Shown here: positions 56,767-64,000 of the stretch, piece after piece
Numbering within the stretch: the first letter of the stretch is position 1
Layout of the letters: each line of letters begins with the position of its first letter
Source: an uncultured virus (IMG/VR IMGVR_UViG_3300008003_000324)
Taxonomy: Duplodnaviria; Heunggongvirae; Uroviricota; Caudoviricetes
Direction: 5' to 3' (one strand)
Virus record (IMG/VR): IMGVR_UViG_3300008003_000324
Length of the DNA stretch: 64,000 bases
The notes under the pieces: generated by a model
The model's database searches: none
Seen by the model: only the letters and a program-made list of their open reading frames with translations
Told to the model about the DNA's origin: nothing
Translations under genes and position numbers: made by a program

Positions 56767-57145
56767 TTATAACCCTTTCCCGCTCTGGATTCTTGATCGC
56801 AATTTGAGAGAAAACCCTACTGGATGATGGTAAAACTATTGTTCTACCGGCCACAAATTCTTCTTCGATGTCCACAATGTTATTGTATAGAAGGACAAGC
56901 CAAGTGAGTTTTGTCGTTCCGTAAACCCCCGCTGCTACTAAATCGGGTCTACCTTCATGCTCCGGTCCCAGTCGGTATTTACGATCAGTAAAAATATCAC
57001 GCTCTATTTCATTCCTCTCCCACCAGCCGAGTTTATTACCCTTGATTTCTGTAGTTCCGCCCGTTAGCATTCTAGACAACCTCTTCGCTAAAGAAGTTTT
57101 ATTATCAAAAAGTCTGAATCGATTGTTTATGTTTTTACCAGCCAT
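56759..57145 (-). CDS. baseplate wedge subunit (gp53/LysM-like)
   Basis: RPDLVA..VYG...L.WLVL.YN.I.D......G..I.LP. Confidence 0.85.
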   Translation of the reverse strand: MAGKNINNRFRLFDNKTSLAKRLSRMLTGGTTEIKGNKLGWWERNEIERDIFTDRKYRLGPEHEGRPDLVAAGVYGTTKLTWLVLLYNNIVDIEEEFVAGRTIVLPSSSRVFSQIAIKNPERERVINE

Positions 57146-57716
57146 TTAATGTACCCTCTCTAAACGATTGAATGTTGAAATCTCGTAACTCTTGAATAGA
57201 TCTAGCTTCTTTAAGAGTAATTGAAACGTTCCAGACGATAGGAACCGCGCCTTTTGGGGTTATGATATAATCGTTCTCTTCGTTCAAAGTTATGCTCAAA
57301 TCGGTCATTCTAACTGCTACCTGTTTAAATTGATTGTTAAGACCATTGAGAAAAAGTCTAGAAGGGGTTTTTGTATTAAACTCACCGTCACCAGTTTTTT
57401 CTGGCATCCTCCAAGATCGAAGGGTATTGACATAGGCTAAGTTGGTTTCTGCTTCTGATACAGTTCTAGAAACAAACGTGGCGTCTATTGAAAAGGTTCT
57501 GCTGGGGCTTCCCGTGTAAATCAATAAACTGGCAGCTTGTCTCATGTCCCCAACTTCAAGGTAGTTTGCTGTACCGGATTCAGACACATTGGGTTGTACG
57601 AAGAATACAACAACCCCGGTGGGTTGCCCTGTTGCTGCCGGTATCGTTTGTGTTTGTGCGTCGGTACCAATCTCTTCTTGGACCCGGCCAGTCAAAAATA
57701 TAGGTTGTGCTACCAT
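57135..57716 (-). CDS. baseplate-tail tube junction protein (gp48/54-like)
   Basis: Y.GS.SRTF.I.A.F, P...VSITLKE; synteny. Confidence 0.6.
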   Translation of the reverse strand: MVAQPIFLTGRVQEEIGTDAQTQTIPAATGQPTGVVVFFVQPNVSESGTANYLEVGDMRQAASLLIYTGSPSRTFSIDATFVSRTVSEAETNLAYVNTLRSWRMPEKTGDGEFNTKTPSRLFLNGLNNQFKQVAVRMTDLSITLNEENDYIITPKGAVPIVWNVSITLKEARSIQELRDFNIQSFREGTLNGW

Positions 57717-57821
57717 GATTACTGTAAATCTGTTCCATCTATTTATATCCTATGGAAAGAGTCTATTTGTGGAAAAACAACTTTTTGTGTTGACCATAAA
57801 TATCATCATTACAAACACACA

Positions 57822-58862
57822 ATGTCAATGAAAGAAGAATTTATATCAAACCCACTTATGGAAAAACGTAAAAGATCTCTTCCCGGAGTAACTTTTAGGT
57901 TGCCGTCTAGGGGTGAAATCTATAAAAAGGGTGTTCTGGCCGACAACGTTGAAAACGGTGAAATGGTAGTTTACCCAATGAGACTTAGAGAAGAACTTAA
58001 AATGAAATCTTTTGATTCAATCTTCCAAGGGAGTGCGGTATCTGAAACCATTTCATATTGTGTACCAGAGGTTTTAACTCCTGAAGAGTTGTGTCCAACG
58101 GATATAGATTATCTCATAACAGCAATTAAAAAACAGAGTCATGGTAACGATTTTCTTTACAAAGATGTCTGTATGAAAATAGAAAAACTCGTGGACCGAT
58201 CAAAATTAATCCAAGAGTCAGTCGAACAGGAATTTGAAGAATCCCAAAGAACTTCCAAATATGAAGAATCTCTGGATGATATCGGTGAACAGCTAAGAAA
58301 TCTAGACAATCAAATTGGCAAAGAAAATACTAAAGTAGAAAATAAAGAACGTGAATTTGACCCGGTGCTGGATAACGAGAATAACACAGGAATTGTCAGC
58401 AAATTTTGTGAATTTAAAATTCCGCTGTCTCATTTTCTGGATTCCTCCACAGAAATTGACCCGGATCTTTATGAAGAAAAGAAAAGATTCGATTTTAAAG
58501 GTTTTGATATAGAACTCCAACAAATTAGCTTTAAAGCATTCAAAGAAATCAGTAATTTGAGATTACAAGATAACCCACATGCTATGGGTGAAGAAAAATA
58601 CTTCGAATATGTGAACAAATTCTCCAACGTAAACCTAGCTAGAAGAATTCGTGTCGTTGACAACATCGAAAACCAAGACCAGATAGAAGAATGGGTTAAC
58701 TCTTTTAGTCTGGAGGATAGAACCGAATTACTTGACAGAATAGCCGATGCGTTTAACTGGGGAATAGACTTCAATTATACAATAACCTGTTCGGCTTGTG
58801 GGAAAAGCAAAGATATTGACATGTCTTACCTAAACCCTTTGTATTTTTTTTTAACATCCTAG
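57822..58862 (+). CDS. baseplate hub assembly protein / tail assembly chaperone (gp26-like)
   Basis: LPSRG..Y, V.PM...EE, L...DIDYL..AI....G, terminal CxxC and ...YFF. ATG 57822 after CATAAATA. Confidence 0.78.
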   Translation: MSMKEEFISNPLMEKRKRSLPGVTFRLPSRGEIYKKGVLADNVENGEMVVYPMRLREELKMKSFDSIFQGSAVSETISYCVPEVLTPEELCPTDIDYLITAIKKQSHGNDFLYKDVCMKIEKLVDRSKLIQESVEQEFEESQRTSKYEESLDDIGEQLRNLDNQIGKENTKVENKEREFDPVLDNENNTGIVSKFCEFKIPLSHFLDSSTEIDPDLYEEKKRFDFKGFDIELQQISFKAFKEISNLRLQDNPHAMGEEKYFEYVNKFSNVNLARRIRVVDNIENQDQIEEWVNSFSLEDRTELLDRIADAFNWGIDFNYTITCSACGKSKDIDMSYLNPLYFFLTS

Positions 58863-59101
58863 CGAGTAACGATAGGAGTGCGCTGAAGCGATATTCACAA
58901 TCCTTGAATGTAGGTATGCAAAATTTAATTAAAAGTGCTATTCACTTAGCCTATTTCATGAGAGGTGGTGTTCAATACGAGGACATCCTAGATAGGACCT
59001 TCTACGAACGAAAGATGATGATGGAATATATCAACGAAAGACTACAGTATGAAACAAAAAAACTTAAAGACACCAAGGGCAAACTCCCTCCGATATATTA
59101 A
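58844..59101 (+). CDS. gp51-like small ORF, probably a -1 frameshift extension of the gp26-like gene
   Basis: Frame is open from the T9 run at 58844; YFMRGG..YED......ER. Confidence 0.65.
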   Translation, partial: FFFNILASNDRSALKRYSQSLNVGMQNLIKSAIHLAYFMRGGVQYEDILDRTFYERKMMMEYINERLQYETKKLKDTKGKLPPIY

Positions 59102-59817
59102 TGAACATAGTAGCTATTGATCCATCAACCACTTGTACCGGGATATGTATAAACGGAAACCGAATGGTTGCCGTTGCCCAAGAAAGTTTAGTATGTTCTA
59201 AAAAAGGTGACTTCGTGAAATGGTTTGATCTCGCATCCAATATTTGTGAAATTAAAACATACGAAAATTACAAAGAGAAAGAAACTTTTACCGGTGTAGA
59301 AGTGGAAAAATTGCGATACTATCAAACAATAGCAAATATTGTAATCAAAACAGTTGAAGAAAAATATAAGCCACATGATACAAAAATTTGTATCGAAGGG
59401 TTTAGTTATAACTCCAAAGCTGGAAATCTTATAGATCTTGTAACTTTTTCGACTCTAATACGAAGTCGCTTTCTCAACAACGGTTATGGGCTTATTGTCG
59501 TTCCACCCATGTCCCTCAAACAAGGTGCTGCTAAATTGGTATACCCGCGCGTTGACATAAAAAATAAAGACAGAGACCCAAAACTGACTCCATTGAAACC
59601 TAAATTTATGTACCTAAACCCCGAGGGTGTTCCGGGGGGGAAATTCAAAAAACATGAAATGCTTCGTGCAATCGTAGATTCTCATTTTAAAGACGACTGG
59701 AAGAAATTTATTGACGCCAATTATTCAGATATCAGTTCTATGAAGTCAATACCTGCACCTATCGCAGATTTGAATGACGCCTATTTACTATACCATTACA
59801 TCAAAGATGATAAATAA
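59101..59817 (+). CDS. RuvC-like Holliday junction resolvase
   Basis: IVAIDPS..CTG, IEGFSY, VPP.SLK, DLNDAY. Confidence 0.75.
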   Translation: MNIVAIDPSTTCTGICINGNRMVAVAQESLVCSKKGDFVKWFDLASNICEIKTYENYKEKETFTGVEVEKLRYYQTIANIVIKTVEEKYKPHDTKICIEGFSYNSKAGNLIDLVTFSTLIRSRFLNNGYGLIVVPPMSLKQGAAKLVYPRVDIKNKDRDPKLTPLKPKFMYLNPEGVPGGKFKKHEMLRAIVDSHFKDDWKKFIDANYSDISSMKSIPAPIADLNDAYLLYHYIKDDK

Positions 59818-59841
59818 TTGTAAATTGAAACATCTATACAT

Positions 59842-61161
59842 ATGAAAATTTTACAAGTACTTGAGGCCACTACCTACATGACGGATATTTCGTCAAATGA
59901 TTTCGGTCAAATGAGCCAATTTTTCTCTTTTCTTGAAAAAGAAAAAAAGGGGTACAATCTCTCTCTGGATGATGTAATGCGTTTTGTGCTAACAATCAAA
60001 AGCAAAAAGAGCGCTCTGCGAAACGTAGCAGGTTCAGGAGAAGAAATATCAAGGTCCCTTGCTTCGTCAACTGTCGGAAGAGAAGCCAATCTTGCAAGAG
60101 GGTTCAGTGATACCAAAGATGTAAATCTAGGTGAAACCAGTATTGATAATATGCATGCAGTAGGAAAAGCATTAGAGGCCGCAGGATATGCAGAACTAAA
60201 CGATGATCCACGCAAATCAACAATAGACCGAGACGCAACCGCGAGATTATTGAAATTCATCAACACTATTAAAGCTAGTGGTTTCAATACACCACGACAG
60301 GTAGCTCAAAATTTCGAGAAGGCCGTTGGTTCATATCGCCGTGGTGTAGAGGGCTTCAAACAAGATATCGGTAGAGGGAACAGTGATCTTGATATTGCTA
60401 AAGATCGAGTAAGTAATATAACACCAAACATGTTAATGTTTCTGGCCGCAGTAGTAAAGAAAAAAGGTAGAAGTGAAGCGTGGGACAACTACCTAAACCC
60501 TGATAACTATGATGAACCACCGTTGCCGGGTTATACTCCGGGGTCATACAATCCCCGTGAAGCCGCTAAAGAACTAATAGCTATGGGACTTACAACCAAA
60601 ACACCCAAAAAAGGACTGATAACTCTAAACAAGGATGCAATTAAAAAATCGGTTTCAGCCCTCCGCAACGAGTTAGAAGAATTAAAAACAGGTAGCATCG
60701 AACAACCCGGTAACGTTAACACAAAAAGTCTAAAAGCCGTTGAACAAAATGCTAAAGCGTTAATCGACAAGATTGACTCAATGGTTCCTAATGACATCAA
60801 ACGACTGGCAGAAAGTAAACTAGCAGCGGCACTTAGAAAAGCCAGTGAAGATACCGGTGACGATTCTTTTATTCAAGCCTATAACTTGTATACTAACAAA
60901 CTAGCCCAATCAAGCGAAAGTGAAGCCGTGGGTGATGCTTCCGAAAGAATCAAAAAAACCCACTTAGGTAGTGTTATCGCTTTCCTGAGAGCCAGAATCA
61001 TCGGTCGCATGCTTTACCATTACGCATCGATGGTAATAGGCGATGGAAAAAAGTGGAAAGCACCAAACAAAGACTATGGATTTACTGGTCCAAAAGAACT
61101 ATCTATGGTAAGAAGCGCGCTCAAAAGTGGCGATGCATTAAAAACGTCACGTCTTTACTGA
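59842..61161 (+). CDS. hypothetical protein (possible internal virion protein)
   Basis: 439 aa, GATAAATA upstream, MKILQVLE start. Confidence 0.7.
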   Translation: MKILQVLEATTYMTDISSNDFGQMSQFFSFLEKEKKGYNLSLDDVMRFVLTIKSKKSALRNVAGSGEEISRSLASSTVGREANLARGFSDTKDVNLGETSIDNMHAVGKALEAAGYAELNDDPRKSTIDRDATARLLKFINTIKASGFNTPRQVAQNFEKAVGSYRRGVEGFKQDIGRGNSDLDIAKDRVSNITPNMLMFLAAVVKKKGRSEAWDNYLNPDNYDEPPLPGYTPGSYNPREAAKELIAMGLTTKTPKKGLITLNKDAIKKSVSALRNELEELKTGSIEQPGNVNTKSLKAVEQNAKALIDKIDSMVPNDIKRLAESKLAAALRKASEDTGDDSFIQAYNLYTNKLAQSSESEAVGDASERIKKTHLGSVIAFLRARIIGRMLYHYASMVIGDGKKWKAPNKDYGFTGPKELSMVRSALKSGDALKTSRLY

Positions 61162-61168
61162 AAAAAGC

Positions 61169-61200
61169 TTGACTTCACCTTCCCCAAGCATATATAAATA
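61169..61200 (+). promoter_or_regulatory. overlapping sigma70-like and late promoter
   Basis: TTGACT (61169-74) and TATAAA 18 bp downstream, within TATAAATA (61193-200). Confidence 0.7.
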
Positions 61201-61201
61201 A

Positions 61202-61537
61202 CCCTGTTCCCAACTTTGCAGTAAAGGAACACTTACAATTTGCATATCCCGAACAGGCTGCACAAATGTCGGACAGGGTGGATAGTAGACGATGAGGTTG
61301 CTATCCCATAGAAAAGCCCTAAAGGTCTGAATGAGGGGATTATACGTTGGTAACGCTTTCGGGACAGGCTGGACGTATAAATCCTAGACTCATGAAAACA
61401 AGTTCATTGTTCATCGCAGTGAAAGGTCTTGGATCAATATTGATCGCGAATGACTGGAGATCGTCTTTGTACTGCAAATACAATGATCTTGTTATGGTAG
61501 TAGCAAGATAGATTCACCTACCTAGGTTGGAACGGGA
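61202..61537 (+). ncRNA. candidate large structured ncRNA, family not recognised
   Basis: End-to-end pairing, nested helices and loop-loop complementarities; no ORF; promoter directly upstream. Confidence 0.65.
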
Positions 61538-61559
61538 AATTTCCTAAACAAATTTATTA

Positions 61560-61800
61560 TACAATTTTGTTAAAAAATGGGGGAGAGTATTTTAAAACCC
61601 TTCAAAAAATATTCAAAAACACTGTAACCTACAAAATAGAAATAAAACAGAAACAAAATAAAGAATGTAAATGCGAACGGAGCGAAGCGTAGTGAGTATT
61701 TACATTCTTGTAAAAAAAAACGAAATAACAAATTAATGGGGACCCCTTCGGGTCCCTCGGAGTCCGCTGTCGCGAACATCCGACTTGCTCTGCGCTCTTT
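61560..61800. other. candidate replication origin / single-strand initiation element
   Basis: A-rich tract, 12-bp perfect stem capped by GCGAAGC, further GC-rich hairpins. Confidence 0.4.
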
Positions 61801-61869
61801 AATAAGGTACAATATACAGGTACACCCAAATAGGTACAGACAAATGAACTACAAACAAATAGGTTGAAT

Positions 61870-64000
61870 ATGAAACACGAAGAGATACTTGAAAATAACG
61901 AAAAGAAAATTCTAGAGACACTAGGAAACAGAAGTGTGTTCGACGCTTGGAAGAAAGCTCTAAATTACACGCCCAGAGATTCTCAAGAGAAGGTAATGGA
62001 GTGGATTGATACGTTGCCACCTGAAATCAAGTACATTTTAGTAGAAGCCCCCGTAGGCTGTCATGCAATAGATACACCAATAATAGGCTATGACGGACAC
62101 ATCAAACTGGTTCAAGAAATAAAGGTTGGGGATCAACTAATGGGACCTGATGGAAAAAAGCGTACCGTTTTGGAACTGCATCGAGGTACTCAACAGATGT
62201 ATAAGATAACACCGGTAAAAGGTGACCCATTTGTCGTCAACCAAGACCACATACTATCGTTGAAAACCACTCCGCTGGGAGGTAGGTACAATGTGTCAGG
62301 GAGCGAAATAGTAAACATTTCTGTTCGTGATTATCTGAATAAATCGAATCACTTTAAAAGAAATCACAAACTGTATCGACCGGATTTCATTGAATTTACG
62401 GATTCTCAGTCTTTTCAGTCTTGCAACGAAAAACAGCAAGAGATAAACCCATATTTCATGGGAGTACTGTTGGGGGATGGATGTATGAAAAAATGTGCTT
62501 CAGTTACCACTATCGATTATCAAATTGCACAGACCGTATATGAACAAGCGGAAGTATTTGGACTTGAGGTTAGGGAACAAGTCAAAGAATCTACACATGC
62601 AATACAGTATTACTTGTCTAGTGGAAGGTCTCAGCTATATGAAGACCGAAACCGCTTGATCGATATTCTGAAGAGAAACGGCTTGTATGGAAAAACTTCA
62701 GGGAATAAGTTTATTCCACACATGTACAAGGTTGGAAATAAGTTAACACGACTCGAAATACTGGCAGGGCTTATAGACACCGATGGAAGTCACAACGGTA
62801 GAGGGGGTTTTGATTATGTAACTAAATCCCCCCAGTTGGCAGAAGACATTAAGTTCATATGCAGAAGTTTGGGACTATCTGTAAATTCCAGTATAAAGAC
62901 GGTAGATGGAAAAAAATATGCAAGAATATGTATTAGTGGTAACACAGATATTATACCTACCCGTTTGGAGAGAAAAAAGGCACCACCTCGAAAACAAAAA
63001 AAGAGACCCACAGTGACCGGGTTTTCGATAGAAAAACTTGATGTAGATGAATATTACGGCTTTTCTCTGGATGAAGACCATCTCTATTTGTTGGGGGATT
63101 TCATAGTAACACACAATTCAGGAAAATCTAATTTAGCAATGGCATTCAGTTCTTACATTAGTGATAGAATGGGTGATTCGTTCATATTAACTCCACAGAA
63201 AACGCTACAGCGCCAATATGAAGAGTCATTTGAAAAACATCTTCTTTTTTCTGTATACGGAAGAAGTAATTATGAATGCGAACAAAAAAACACGACTTGT
63301 GATGTAGGCGCGGATATTAAACCTGCATGTGATAATTGTCCCGCTAAACTCGCAAGAGATATGTCTATTACATCACCTAATGCCGTAATGAACTATACAT
63401 TAGCTCTAACTTATTTCAAATACTTGAGAAAAATGATTCCCCCTAGAAATTTAATGGTGTTGGATGAAGCACATACCTTGGAATCCAACCTTGTCGAATT
63501 CAGTTCGATTTCTGTAACGGACAAGAAATGTAAGAAATACAACGTCAAGTTCCAGTTCGCTCGTAGCGCCGCTGAGGCCATAAATTGGATAAGTCGTACC
63601 TATCTACCTGCCGTCGAAGCAAAATCGATAGAGCTACGTAAGAAGGTGACTGAGATCGAAACTAGAGGTGGGGCACTGAGTAAATCTGACATACAGACTG
63701 TTCGTGCTGCCATAACAGCCACGGAACATCGTAACCAATTAGTAGATCTAGTAGAAATGGACATGTCTCTAATAGACAAGAAATACGTCCTTGTGTCTGA
63801 AAAAGTTGGATTCAAATTCAAGGAACTCTACGCCAAGAATAATTTTAAAAACATTTGTTTACCAATGGCAAATCGTTTTCTCTTTATGTCATCTACTATT
63901 CTGGATAAAGACGAATTCTGTCGAGACTTGGGGATCGACCCAGATGAGTCTGCTATGATTTCTCTTGATTCCGAATTTCCAGAAGAAAACAGGGAAGTAA
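61870..64000 (+). CDS. DinG/XPD-family SF2 helicase with intein (runs off the window; absent from ORF track)
   Basis: Manual translation: YTPRDSQ, VEAPVG|intein|SGKS, GRSNYEC..C..C..C cluster, LDEAH, FMSST. Confidence 0.9.
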   Translation, partial: MKHEEILENNEKKILETLGNRSVFDAWKKALNYTPRDSQEKVMEWIDTLPPEIKYILVEAPVGCHAIDTPIIGYDGHIKLVQEIKVGDQLMGPDGKKRTVLELHRGTQQMYKITPVKGDPFVVNQDHILSLKTTPLGGRYNVSGSEIVNISVRDYLNKSNHFKRNHKLYRPDFIEFTDSQSFQSCNEKQQEINPYFMGVLLGDGCMKKCASVTTIDYQIAQTVYEQAEVFGLEVREQVKESTHAIQYYLSSGRSQLYEDRNRLIDILKRNGLYGKTSGNKFIPHMYKVGNKLTRLEILAGLIDTDGSHNGRGGFDYVTKSPQLAEDIKFICRSLGLSVNSSIKTVDGKKYARICISGNTDIIPTRLERKKAPPRKQKKRPTVTGFSIEKLDVDEYYGFSLDEDHLYLLGDFIVTHNSGKSNLAMAFSSYISDRMGDSFILTPQKTLQRQYEESFEKHLLFSVYGRSNYECEQKNTTCDVGADIKPACDNCPAKLARDMSITSPNAVMNYTLALTYFKYLRKMIPPRNLMVLDEAHTLESNLVEFSSISVTDKKCKKYNVKFQFARSAAEAINWISRTYLPAVEAKSIELRKKVTEIETRGGALSKSDIQTVRAAITATEHRNQLVDLVEMDMSLIDKKYVLVSEKVGFKFKELYAKNNFKNICLPMANRFLFMSSTILDKDEFCRDLGIDPDESAMISLDSEFPEENREV
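62059..63117 (+). mobile_element. contiguous intein (353 aa) with LAGLIDADG endonuclease in the helicase Walker A motif
   Basis: CHAIDTP...VNQDHIL...MGVLLGDG...LAGLIDTDG...YYGFSL..DHLYLL.DF.VTHN|S. Confidence 0.95.

Noticed and set aside
57537..57821. N-terminal extension of the gp26-like ORF in the track
   Set aside because: It overlaps the divergent gene and promoter region; ATG 57822 after CATAAATA fits better.
61202..61537. tmRNA, RNase P RNA, tRNA or retron RNA
   Set aside because: No tRNA-like ends or T-loop/CCA, no RNase P GAGGAAAGUCC motif and no adjacent reverse transcriptase; a divergent known family cannot be excluded without cmscan.
61570..63821. Short minus-strand ORFs in the track
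   Set aside because: Low-complexity shadows of the A-rich tract and of the plus-strand helicase.
1..64000. Stop-codon reassignment as the cause of split genes
   Set aside because: Conserved genes are full length in the standard code and end in TAA, TAG or TGA; most split pieces lie in different frames.

Overview
This window is part of a large, AT-rich, T4/RaK2-type jumbo myophage genome read in the standard genetic code; the E. coli-like NrdAB suggests a proteobacterial host (inference). From left to right it carries: small accessory genes; a class Ia ribonucleotide reductase locus; a glycosyltransferase cluster around thyA; a replication block (RNase H, sliding clamp, PolB); head and tail genes (gp4-like, GroES, tubes, sheath, gp15, a 3223-aa baseplate protein, gp6/25/5/53/48/26-like); a RuvC-like gene; and an intein-containing DinG-family helicase that runs off the right end. 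Main observations: (1) nrdA is broken into three ORFs joined by two different split inteins, each break holding a free-standing HNH-type endonuclease gene, so the two inteins must not cross-react. (2) PolB is also split, by a Ser/Ser split intein. (3) The 700-bp gap before the helicase holds a promoter-driven, pseudoknot-rich ~335-nt candidate ncRNA followed by origin-like ssDNA hairpins. (4) Two candidate -1 programmed frameshifts. (5) A possible virion O-glycosylation system of glycosyltransferases plus Pro/Thr linkers with a shared C-terminal domain. All family calls come from recognising motifs by eye; no database search was run. No tRNA, rRNA or CRISPR array was recognised.
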